Shown piece by piece: positions 51,201-61,477 of a stretch of 64,000 bases of DNA. Source of the DNA: Trypanosoma brucei (taxonomy: Eukaryota); NCBI GenBank assembly GCA_000002445.1, contig AE017150.2:608001-672000 (forward strand), read 5' to 3'. Position numbers and translations under genes: made by a program. The notes below the pieces were generated by a model, which searched no databases, was not told where the DNA came from, and saw nothing but the letters and a program-made list of their open reading frames with translations. Position 1 is the first letter of the stretch, and each line of letters starts with the position of its first letter.

Positions 51201-53012
51201 GTCACAAGGACGCGGTTGCACGCGAAGTTTACCGTACAAGTGCAACAGTGCCGCGGTGACACGGTGTAACAATGTTAAGAGCACCAGTCTCTCTTCAGCC
51301 TCCATCGGTGTAGAAGTGGACTGCGACCGTCGTACGCATTTGAGTGACAATGAGAGAATGCACTGAACTACACAATGACCTTCCACCGCAACAAAGGCAT
51401 CCTTGCTTCTCATTGTTATTTGTATTAGAGACTCCACAATATGCTCCGTCAATGAAGTCGACATGATGGCAGTCTCGAGTGCGTCCTTGAGTACTTGTGT
51501 GATGCTGCTAGTTATGGTGATGAATGGTTTATTATTGTACCACCACGTGCTGTCCAACTCTGATCCTAGTTGTGAATTTTGCAAAGATTCTTCAGCACCA
51601 CTGTTCCCCAAGAGACCCCCGAGTGACTCATCGCATGCGCCGCCATAAGATTTCGCCCAAAAAACGGATGGAGTACATTGAAGCGTGACAACCCTAAACA
51701 ATGTCGGATCTGCGCTTAGTAACTCAGCGCAGTTCTCTAAGAGCTGCTTCAGACTTCCAGCCATATCATGCTTCAGTTGGTGCCGCAAAAATGCATCACG
51801 GCGAGCGCCAAGGGGTGTGGACGAGCTGCAACCTTTAGTAGAATGCAGCAACTTACACAGCCCCCTCCAAGCAGAAATTACATTCTCGTACATAGCGATC
51901 CGCACTTCCGGAGGTGCATTCACCGGCAAACCGTCTTTCCTTTCTGGCATGAGGGAGCGAGCGCTCAGTTCAATAATGAGACAGAGCGCTGTGATAACTG
52001 TGGGACTCTCGTATCCGGCTGCCATTTCCACAACGATAAGCGCAACCTCCAGTGCCTTTCTGTTGAGTTCGTCGTACACATTGCCACGACCCCTGGTGAG
52101 CAAATCAACCAACTCACCTTTCCCCAACCTCTCCAGTGACTCAGTATTTTGAAAAATCACAGGGAGTGCAAGAGATGGATCAGTTGGGGCTATTGAAACA
52201 GATGAAGTCAACATACCATTATCGTCCTGCAATGGCTTGTCATCGTACACATGTGGACGGATGAGCGAGTTGTGAGCAATACGAATACGGAGCCCATGAA
52301 TCAAGTTGACAACAAGCGGCTTCGGCTCCGTATGCATGAGGGCACGAGCGCAATCAGCGCTAGTCATGGAGCATTCCTCCAATATACCTAAAATCTCACG
52401 CACGGTACAAACTAAAGATGAAGCAAGACCCGTCTGTTTCGCGTATGCGCGCTGCGCGGCACTGCAGAAATCCTGAAACACAGCTGTCATCCACCGGAAG
52501 TGTTGTTGATTAATCAATATGTCGTGCATGTGAATGCAAAGGTCATTTCCCGCATCGCTGTCGCCGTTCATTAATTTGGTACATCTGCTGGGCGTGCAAA
52601 ACGCCCCGATGAAAGATAACACATGATCATTTCCAAGTGATGTTACTCTCTCGAGCAATGTCGCAGAGGAGCTACTGTTCCCGTCATTAGTTAACCTTTG
52701 AGACGCGTAATTCAGTAGTCCCTCGCACAATCGATACAGTAAGCAGCATGCATCGCCAGAAACCTGTGAGAGGAGTTGCAACTTATTCTCCCGCATGATT
52801 CGCCATAATAGAGTTGCTGCTTCCTTCCAACCATTTCGTTCTTCCATTGAAATACCCGCAGCTGATGAGACTGTGCCTGACGAGGAGGTTTTATCATGCG
52901 AAGATTTCATCTCCTGCTCACGCCGACGACTATCTGCAACCTCTAACACACTAGCGGCGCTTTTGAAGAACTTCTGCGCTGTGGAGAGATCAACATCGCA
53001 ACCATTATCCAT
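42279..53012 (-). CDS. BEACH-domain protein with C-terminal WD40 repeats (3577 aa), in the LYST/neurobeachin/LRBA class.
   Basis: BEACH core motifs are present: ...[43 protein letters not shown]... and ...[12 protein letters not shown]... WD-like repeats at the C-terminus (...[15 protein letters not shown]...). A single uninterrupted ATG-initiated ORF. Confidence 0.85.
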   Translation of the reverse strand: [3577 protein letters not shown]

Positions 53013-55361
53013 TCCTCCGAAAACTTCTCTTTCTTATTTTCACTTTTATTTGCTTTCTCACCAGAATGAAAATATTATTCGACTTTCGTGTTATGTCGTT
53101 GTTCTATTTCTTTGCTTCCCGTCCAAATTCACTGTTTAGACGTACCAACGACTACTATACTAATTAATGTATTACTCCAACCTTCCTTCACTCGGCCCCA
53201 AACCTATATATATATATATATATATATAATTTTTTTTTTTGAGGTGTGACGGATATTTTTATTATCCTCTCCTCGCCTTTTCCCGTCTTGGATTTGGAGC
53301 CCTGCCAATATTTCGCCGCTACAACAACAACAACGTCACGAGTTCTCTTCTTTTTTTTTTTGTTGTCTCCTCACCCTTTCCTTCCCCGTTTTTTCAACTA
53401 TATTTTACAAATACAAATATGTATTTGTTGCTTTCGTTTTTGAGAGTCGTGCTTAATATATATATATATATATCTTCAAGCACAAGGAGCAACGCCGTGC
53501 AAATCACTGCAGGTTCACTACGACTTTGCGGCAATACGTGTGGAATGAATTCCCTTTTCTTTTTCTCTGCCGCATCTTTTGTGGTAAATGAAGTACAATT
53601 TATTATCGTATCGTATCAGCATTACGCACATGTGCGTGTATGTGTATATGTATGTGTAATACAACAGAAAACAAAGAAGCGGAAAGAAGAGTAATATTTT
53701 TTAAAAAGGGAAAGTGGTAAAAAAGCATCGAGGAAAATGTGAGAGAACAACTTTTTATTTTTTTATCTTTGAAATGAGGGGGGGGGGAAGTTGAGAAGAA
53801 GACAAATAACACGATTGAACATGACAGTTAATGAAGCGGCAGTGACGCCTGCAGCACAGAATTAAATGGAAAATGAAATGAAATAATAAAAAAAAATTGC
53901 ATGAACACCTCCCCTCACCTCCTCTTCCTTCTACTCCCTTCTTTTTATATTATTATTATTATTTATCCCTCCCTTCTTGCAGAGACTGTAAACAATACTG
54001 GATGAATTTCATTTTATTTTTTTTTAAATTTTCCTTTCCCTTTTCTTTTTTTCCTCCTTTTGAATTTTAATTCTCTTCATTGAAAACTTGTACAAACCCG
54101 TATAAATAAATACACACAAACACACAGTTGTAAATAACTAAATATAATTAATATATTTATATATTTGCATATTGGGAATTATAAACTTACTCGCATTGAA
54201 TCCATCATCGTCCCGATGTTGCGAAGATACGAAGCAAAAAAAAAAAAAAGGAAAGAAAAAAAGAAAGAAAGACAGGGAAGACAAACAAACACACACAAAT
54301 AGAGAGAAAGAGAAAGAGAAAGAGAAATAAAGAGGTACGGTCATGCACGGGTAGGTGATAAATAATAATAATAATATTAACAAAAAAAACAATTATGATG
54401 GTAATAACAATAATAGTACAAGATCAACAATATATGTACATATACAAATATAAATATATAAATAAATATATATATATATATATAAGCAAATAAGCAAGGG
54501 AGGGAGAAAGAGGAAGAGAAAGAGGGTAAAAGACAGAAAAATAGGGGGGGGGGGGAGAAAATGAAAATCGAAAATCATAAAAGAGGAAGAGGGGAGGAGG
54601 GGGAAAGAAGAAAGAAAAAAGAAAAAAGAAAAGGACTCACACGATTCGAGCCGAGGGGACTGACAAGTAAAAAAAAAAGAGAAAGCTGATGTACAAACAA
54701 ATCAAATACACTACAGAAGCCACCCATACAAAACAAACAAACAAGGGTAAATACAAGCGTAAAACTGAATTAAACTAAATAATGAAATGAATGGAAGAAC
54801 ATTTAGATAATACACAGAAAATGAACAGCAGGAGGTGAGAAAAAAAAAGTTAAAAAGAGAATTTTTTAAAAAAAAGATGAGTCACTGGAGTTGGAAATAA
54901 TATAAATGCGGATTCATCACTCACATTACCTCTCTCTTCTTTTCATCATGCCTTGCATGCACTTAATGCTGCTGCGTCTCTCACGCAAACAAATCTGCGT
55001 TACAAAACCGTGGATTCTTTCTTTTTTTAAAAAAAAAATTATTATTTCTCCCCTTTTATATTGAATCCCAAACGGTACGGTGGCAAGTGCCCCAAAACAG
55101 TTCTTCACCTTCACTTATACAAACTTATACAAAATGTTACGTATAAATGAATATACAAATCAAAGAAACAACAACAACAACAACCCTTACTTTAACTTTA
55201 CTTGTGCTCTCTTGCATTTTCATCATTCGTTCGATCATTCTTTTGGTTTTATTATTTGCCTCAAACCTACGCTAATTCTACTCTTATCTCTCTATTTTTT
55301 TTTCTTTACTTTTGCATCACAGTTGTGTGAGCAACGCAAGGGCGGAACAAATTCACATTTT

Positions 55362-55363
<2 letters not shown>

Positions 55364-55433
<70 letters not shown>

Positions 55434-55442
55434 TTTTTCCCC
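55364..55442. repeat. (CT)n dinucleotide microsatellite of about 31 units, immediately followed by a T17 homopolymer.
   Basis: Read directly: ctctctctct...ctctcttttttttttttttttt. Confidence 0.95.
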
Positions 55443-55509
55443 CTCTCCTTCACCTGTTGTTATAATAAACAAAAATAAATGGTAGGTAACTATAGAAATA
55501 TATATATAT

Positions 55510-55541
<32 letters not shown>

Positions 55542-56927
55542 ACAGTGAAAGTTCGTTACAATTTCAAATAAGCGAAAACAACAGCAACAGCAACAAAACA
55601 GGCAACAAACAGACACACGAAAAATTGAAAAATTAAGTAACGGAGATTTAAAACAAGAACAAAGAAACAACTGGATGCCACCGCTCATGAGCAGAAGGCC
55701 ACAGAAAATTGTTACGCAACTTGAATAAAATGATCGAACAAAAAAGTGAGAAGGTAACAAAAGAAAAAAAAGAAAAAAGAAAGAAGAGAAAATTTATCTC
55801 CTCTGAAGCTCCATCCGACAAATTGATGAAACACAAGTACAAACGGCAGAAGACGCGGAAGAGCAGCCGGAAATTGGCATTTGACGAGTAATTTATTTTT
55901 CTTTAAAAAAAAAAGCAAAATCAAAACACCTTCACATATAAAAATGAAATGAATAGATAAACGAATATTTATATGTTTTAATTATATACCATGATTGATT
56001 TTTTATGTGGCTACTCAACTGCTCAATCTATTTTCCCTCTCCCTCTCTCCTTTTGTTTTGTTTTGTTTTCTTTTTTCTTTTCTTTTCATTTCTTTTCCAC
56101 TGTGCAGTAATAAAAATATTTGAACATTTAAGAAAAAACAAATGCCGACTCGGTTTGTGCTTGCACTGCTCTCAACCCTTCGTTCTATTTTTTTCCTTTT
56201 TTTTCCCCCTACCTCTTAGCGTAAACAAACTGGCACCAAAGTTAACTTTTTCAGTCTACAAATACAATAATATCATACACTAATTTATTTTTTCATCTTG
56301 TCTAATTAGTAAGTCCCCTACTTGTTTTTTTCTTTGTTATCATTATTTGTATACAAACGCCGACTAGGGTAAAAACAAAACAAAACAAAAACAAAAACAA
56401 CAGCAATAAAAATCGACCCCTTGTGCACTCGAATCCGTTTCTTTTGTCTCATTTTTTTAAAAAAAAACTGGAAGGCTTCCCCGCGATGAAATAAAACACG
56501 GGAAGCGAACAAGCGAACAGAAGGAAAAAAAAAGAAACGGCGTTCATGCGTATTTTTAAAAATTTCTTTGACACATTTTATCTTCTGTTGTATACAAGAG
56601 TTTACCTACCATTTCTCACCCCTTTGCTTTAACAATTTTCCACCGCAACGTAAATTAGATGTGCTGGGAACCTTTTTTTTAAAAAATTATTGAAAGATGA
56701 TAATTCTCTTTTTTTTTTCTTTCCTTCTTTTGTTTCTGTTTCTTTTCGTTTTCCACCCCCTTTTCATTCTCTGTTTTGCCTCCCATACAAACCGCAACAC
56801 AACAAAAACATGAAACTCGCTCCCTCCCCCCTCCTACAAAAAAGAAAGAGAAAAAGAGAAAAAAAAAGACACAAAAAAAACAAGAAAAGAAATTGTGATT
56901 AAACTTCATCTATCTCTCTCTCTCCCA

Positions 56928-57683
56928 TCAAATACGTCTGAGTGCTGCCCGCTTCTTCTCCACAGCTTTTTTTGCCGCTGTGGCTGCTGCTGCTGCCGCT
57001 GATGATGATAATGATAATGATGAGGAAGCCGGTAATTCCCCCAATGTCCCTTTATTGTCTACATTGTTCATATGAAGCGAAAGCCTTAAACCACCTCCAC
57101 CCACTGCGTTATTGCTGTCATTTTCCTCCTCATCATTACATTTGCCGCTGCTCGTCACCCCGCCGTTTTCTTGAAAGCCATCGACTCCATTAAAAGGCCG
57201 TTGGGATTCCATTGGAGCCCTCCCACTTTTTATCGCATGTACTTTTGTCATCATATCTGCCTTGCGCCTGTATGCATCATAATCCTCCATCAGGAGCCGT
57301 GCTGCCTCTTCATTTAGCGCACTTTCTGCATTCGGTTCAATAAGAAGACACCGCACAATCGTGAGTACATGCCGCAAACCCAAACTTGGATTCCAGTCCC
57401 TTTTGAGTACATTCACACAAATGTCTCCCTTTTCTGCTATGTTGGGATGAAATATTTTGGTCCGGAATACACCCCGTGGTGGCACCTCCGGATATCCCTC
57501 ATCAAAATGAAACACAACTTGAAATGAGCCGCCAGCGAAGGGAGTTCCTTCAGGTCCAGTGATCTCAAATAACAACTCGCTGAGATCATCAGATCTCACC
57601 AACCGAATCCCTTCCGTGGGATTCGAATTAATATCTTGCACTTGTCGCATTATGAGGTGCATGGCAGCCGGTGAAACGGGCAT
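56928..57683 (-). CDS. Ubiquitin-conjugating enzyme E2 (UBC fold) with a low-complexity C-terminal extension of about 100 aa (251 aa total).
   Basis: HPN motif and active-site Cys: KIFHPNIAEKGDICVNVLKRDWNPSLGLRHVLTIVRCLLIEPNAESALNEEAA. The C-terminal tail is Ser/Ala-rich (SSSLSLSSSAAAAAATAAKK). Confidence 0.85.
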   Translation of the reverse strand: MPVSPAAMHLIMRQVQDINSNPTEGIRLVRSDDLSELLFEITGPEGTPFAGGSFQVVFHFDEGYPEVPPRGVFRTKIFHPNIAEKGDICVNVLKRDWNPSLGLRHVLTIVRCLLIEPNAESALNEEAARLLMEDYDAYRRKADMMTKVHAIKSGRAPMESQRPFNGVDGFQENGGVTSSGKCNDEEENDSNNAVGGGGLRLSLHMNNVDNKGTLGELPASSSLSLSSSAAAAAATAAKKAVEKKRAALRRI

Positions 57684-58966
57684 TGCAAATACGTATGTGC
57701 GAAATCCTGTAAGTTATATCTGTTAATATTAATATCCTCTAATAACAGCAGTAATAGTTGTGGTGATGGTATATATTTTTATTACTATTATTATTACTAT
57801 TGTTATTATTAGTATTAATATATTACACTCAAGAGAATATTCACCTATATCGGTTCAAATCTCTTTTTTCTTGTATTGATACTACTTTTTTCTTTTCGCT
57901 CAGTTTTTCCTTTCTCTGTTGATTATACCCCTCTTGTGAAGTGTGAGACGGTCAAATAATAATAATAATGCACCCACTCCCCCCAAAAAAAAACAGCAAT
58001 AAAAACGAAGTGTCAAAGAAGCAGAAGTGGAGTAGCAGACGATACGGGAAATAAAACCCTGCTGATGAAAGTAAAAAAGAAATATTACTGCTTTAGTATC
58101 TAAAGCATACATATATATATATATATATATATATAGGCGCAAAATAAACATATCATTCACACACAACTCAAATGTACAGATGCAGCCGCGGCGTGAAAAG
58201 AGAGCCGGGGGAGTAAGCGATAGTAATACATTGATTACAGAAACATATTTGTGTCTGCAGCTCTACCACACTCAGAAATGCAGCAAAAACTAAAAAAAAA
58301 AGGTCAGCACACCGACCATCACGACTATTTTTGAGCCCTTTTCCTTTTTCCCCCTTTCTCTCTAACATTGTGTGATATGTGAAAAGACATTAAATAGTAA
58401 TAATAATAATATAAACGTATATTATTTTTAAAACAGTACAAGTGACACCTAATTTTTGCATAGCGCAAAGAACTGAAATAATATTTCTGGCCTTCGTTTG
58501 CTTTTCCCCCCCTCTCCGACCATATTTACGACACGCGTGCCTGAGTGTAATATTACCGCTTATGATCAGTCGGTCATCTCGTTGTGGTACGCCGCCCATA
58601 GACGTCGCCTAGCGAATAACTGCAATACCATTGAAAAAACAAAGCTTAAGAGAAAAGTTAACAGCATTGTTTAAAGAATAAGTAAAGAGATGTTGCAGCG
58701 AAACCCGCAAGTGGTGTTGACGCCTAACTGAAGCTTACATGCGGAATATTTCACATGTTATGGGCGCAGCGGTGGCAACTTCGTGAGTTTTGTGGATAAT
58801 CTCCCGCGCTGCCTGCCACTCTCCTTTGAGAAAATCGTAAAGGTCGGGTATTAAAAGAAAAAAAAATGTACAAGTGCATGCAGAAGGTGAATGGGAATTG
58901 GGATAATTATATACCGCCACATGAGATAAAATTGACGAATGGATTGTGCCCATAATAGAACTCTCA

Positions 58967-60730
58967 TCATCCGTCTGTTTTGACACTATTCGTAGCTAAA
59001 TTTTCTTCTATTTTCTCTTCTCCGTGCCCCTCTTTTAGTTCCGAATTTCTCTCGCTATGTTTCTCGCCGATGGCGAGACAACCTTCTCGGAACTTTCTCA
59101 TCAAATCAACGTCCCACTCACAAGCTTCTATGATTTCAACTTCCCGTGCATGACAACGCTCCATCAAAGCGAACACAAAAAGGTGTTTCTTGGCTCGCTC
59201 CGCGTTCTCTTCCTCTTCAATCGACCGCCGCTTGATCTCTTCTGAAAATAACGCAATATCATCGAGCTCCATCGCGCAGCGTAGAACCGTGCGGCCATGT
59301 TCCTCGAAAAGAGCCAACGCATCTCTGTCATTTTGGCATCTCAAAACAAGTTCTCTAAAAAGCGTTACACCTGTTGCACGTCCACACACCAAGCGCCGTG
59401 TCATTTCAATACCATACAATTTTGGGTATACATCAACCTGAGATTGCATAAACAGCCATGCATGGACTTGTGCCACTTGTGTAAGCAATTGAAACGACTC
59501 CAACTCTACACGGAACAGTGTCTCCATTGTGCTCAACAAGTGGCTAAAAAGTTCTTGCTCAAGAGAAGCATGCTCCTCCATGATCTCGCTGCGTGACTTT
59601 TCCTCGCGCTCGTGAAGTTGCTGCAAGCTAACGCGGTAACGCTCCTTGCGTCCCCTTGTCAGGTACACCCAACGCCTGAGATAATTCTTCAATGGGGCAC
59701 TTCCAAGCAACATGCCTCGATGCACAAAAACAAACAAATCCCAGATGGGTTGGAATGCTTTGTTCTCCTCCTCAAGTACATAACTTCGGTTGATTTCTTC
59801 TCTGTAATTTATCGCCTGGAGTCCATTCAGCATCGTGTCTTGCAGTAATTTTTGCACCGGCTCGCCGTATTCACTCTCCTTGTCACAACTATCCACGAGG
59901 TGCAACGCGCCCAGGTGTTGAGAAAATAACTTAACAGCTTCAAGGTGTTCCTCATCTACAATCGTTTCGCGAGCGACAAGTTCTTCGCGTATGTATGACA
60001 ACCGAAGTGTCGCAAGCTCCCGTGGCCCAAGTGACTTCCACTCACCGTTCACAAGTATTGTCCTCCGTTTAAACCTTGCCTCATCCAGCAATGAGGCGTG
60101 GTTTGCAAAATCTGCTGACAGACGGCTTGCTCGACCGGGAACAAAAACGCTCGGGCCCCATCCTGAACTTGCAGATGAAGCAACACGTGTCTCTGTAGCA
60201 TTATCGCTTATATGAATACCATGGTTACAAAATGTATTTCCCCACGGAGATGGGGCCGTAGGGTAATTCACCGGCGGGCCTTGTGTATGAACTGATGTGC
60301 AGCCGCCGAAGCTCGTTGGCCGGATGATGGAACCTCTATTATTGCTATACCGCGTACCAAGTTTTCTTAAAGCATCGCCAACCAAGTAATCAAGGCGTGT
60401 TTTCAACGACTTGGACCACAATGGATGCTCACTCACATGAACCACCGTCCGCACGTTATACGTTGGGCACGTTGATACTGGTTTAAGCGCTAACTTTTCC
60501 CAAGATGTAAGCGGCCTGCTGAACTGTCCAAACGGCTCAGTGGGCTGATCCCCATAGCTTTCAGTTGGGCAACTTCGATATGTCATGGTGTAATCACGTA
60601 AGCTTTCCCCTTCTACATCACGGCCTTCAGATGACGAAGTTCCCAGGGGGGGAAGAAATGACGTGTGACTCACGCGAGGAGTCTGTGGGCACTCACCAGG
60701 CGGATTCCCATCTCCTTCAGTGTAACTCAT
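58967..60730 (-). CDS. Hypothetical protein (587 aa). No family recognised.
   Basis: Long ATG-initiated ORF on the polycistron strand. The composition is non-repetitive. Confidence 0.55.
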   Translation of the reverse strand: MSYTEGDGNPPGECPQTPRVSHTSFLPPLGTSSSEGRDVEGESLRDYTMTYRSCPTESYGDQPTEPFGQFSRPLTSWEKLALKPVSTCPTYNVRTVVHVSEHPLWSKSLKTRLDYLVGDALRKLGTRYSNNRGSIIRPTSFGGCTSVHTQGPPVNYPTAPSPWGNTFCNHGIHISDNATETRVASSASSGWGPSVFVPGRASRLSADFANHASLLDEARFKRRTILVNGEWKSLGPRELATLRLSYIREELVARETIVDEEHLEAVKLFSQHLGALHLVDSCDKESEYGEPVQKLLQDTMLNGLQAINYREEINRSYVLEEENKAFQPIWDLFVFVHRGMLLGSAPLKNYLRRWVYLTRGRKERYRVSLQQLHEREEKSRSEIMEEHASLEQELFSHLLSTMETLFRVELESFQLLTQVAQVHAWLFMQSQVDVYPKLYGIEMTRRLVCGRATGVTLFRELVLRCQNDRDALALFEEHGRTVLRCAMELDDIALFSEEIKRRSIEEEENAERAKKHLFVFALMERCHAREVEIIEACEWDVDLMRKFREGCLAIGEKHSERNSELKEGHGEEKIEENLATNSVKTDG

Positions 60731-61477
60731 TTCTTCTTTTTTACAGATATCGAAATATCAGACACGCAGGTACGCCCTGGTGTATTGAGACAAAGAGCCC
60801 ACGTAAACAGTGCAAGAAAAAAAAATAATTATTATAAAGAAAGAAAGGAGGATGCGACTTGAAGCGATAATTCACTCTATCTTCCCCCCCTCTCTCTTCT
60901 TTAGAGTATGTTTCTCCCAGAAAGAAACAAAAACCTAGAAATACTCTATGGTAGAGTGAAAGGTGCTCTACTCACCTCTTCCTTCCTTCCTTCCTTTGAA
61001 CTTTCTTTTCTACTATTGAGTATATTGAAAAATCATAGGTGATGTGACGGAAATATTACAAGCATTTTTTTAAAAATTCATACAGGGATTCAAAAGGAAC
61101 GAGACAAGAAAGAAATATGGTCAAGCGCACCTGCAACATGAGGCAGTACAACGGCTCCAGGACAGTTCACCCTTATAATACACACGAACGCAGGTGGAGT
61201 GAGGGTTCAACACTCCCTTCTGTAACTTCGAGCCTCTCTATTCCAGCTTCACCCACATCAACGGGACAATCTATGGGAGAGACACACATATGACAAATTT
61301 TAACGTGCACTCATTCTATTAACAGAACAGTATGCAGGGCAAAATGGACCTCGTTTCGAGGAACGAAAAAAGAACAAGGAAAAGAGCCGTAATTCCAGTT
61401 TCTGCTGACGCCACGGCAGCAAACGGGCTGGAGATATGGATAGTTGTATAAACGTACGCAAGACACCAGTCAGTCAC

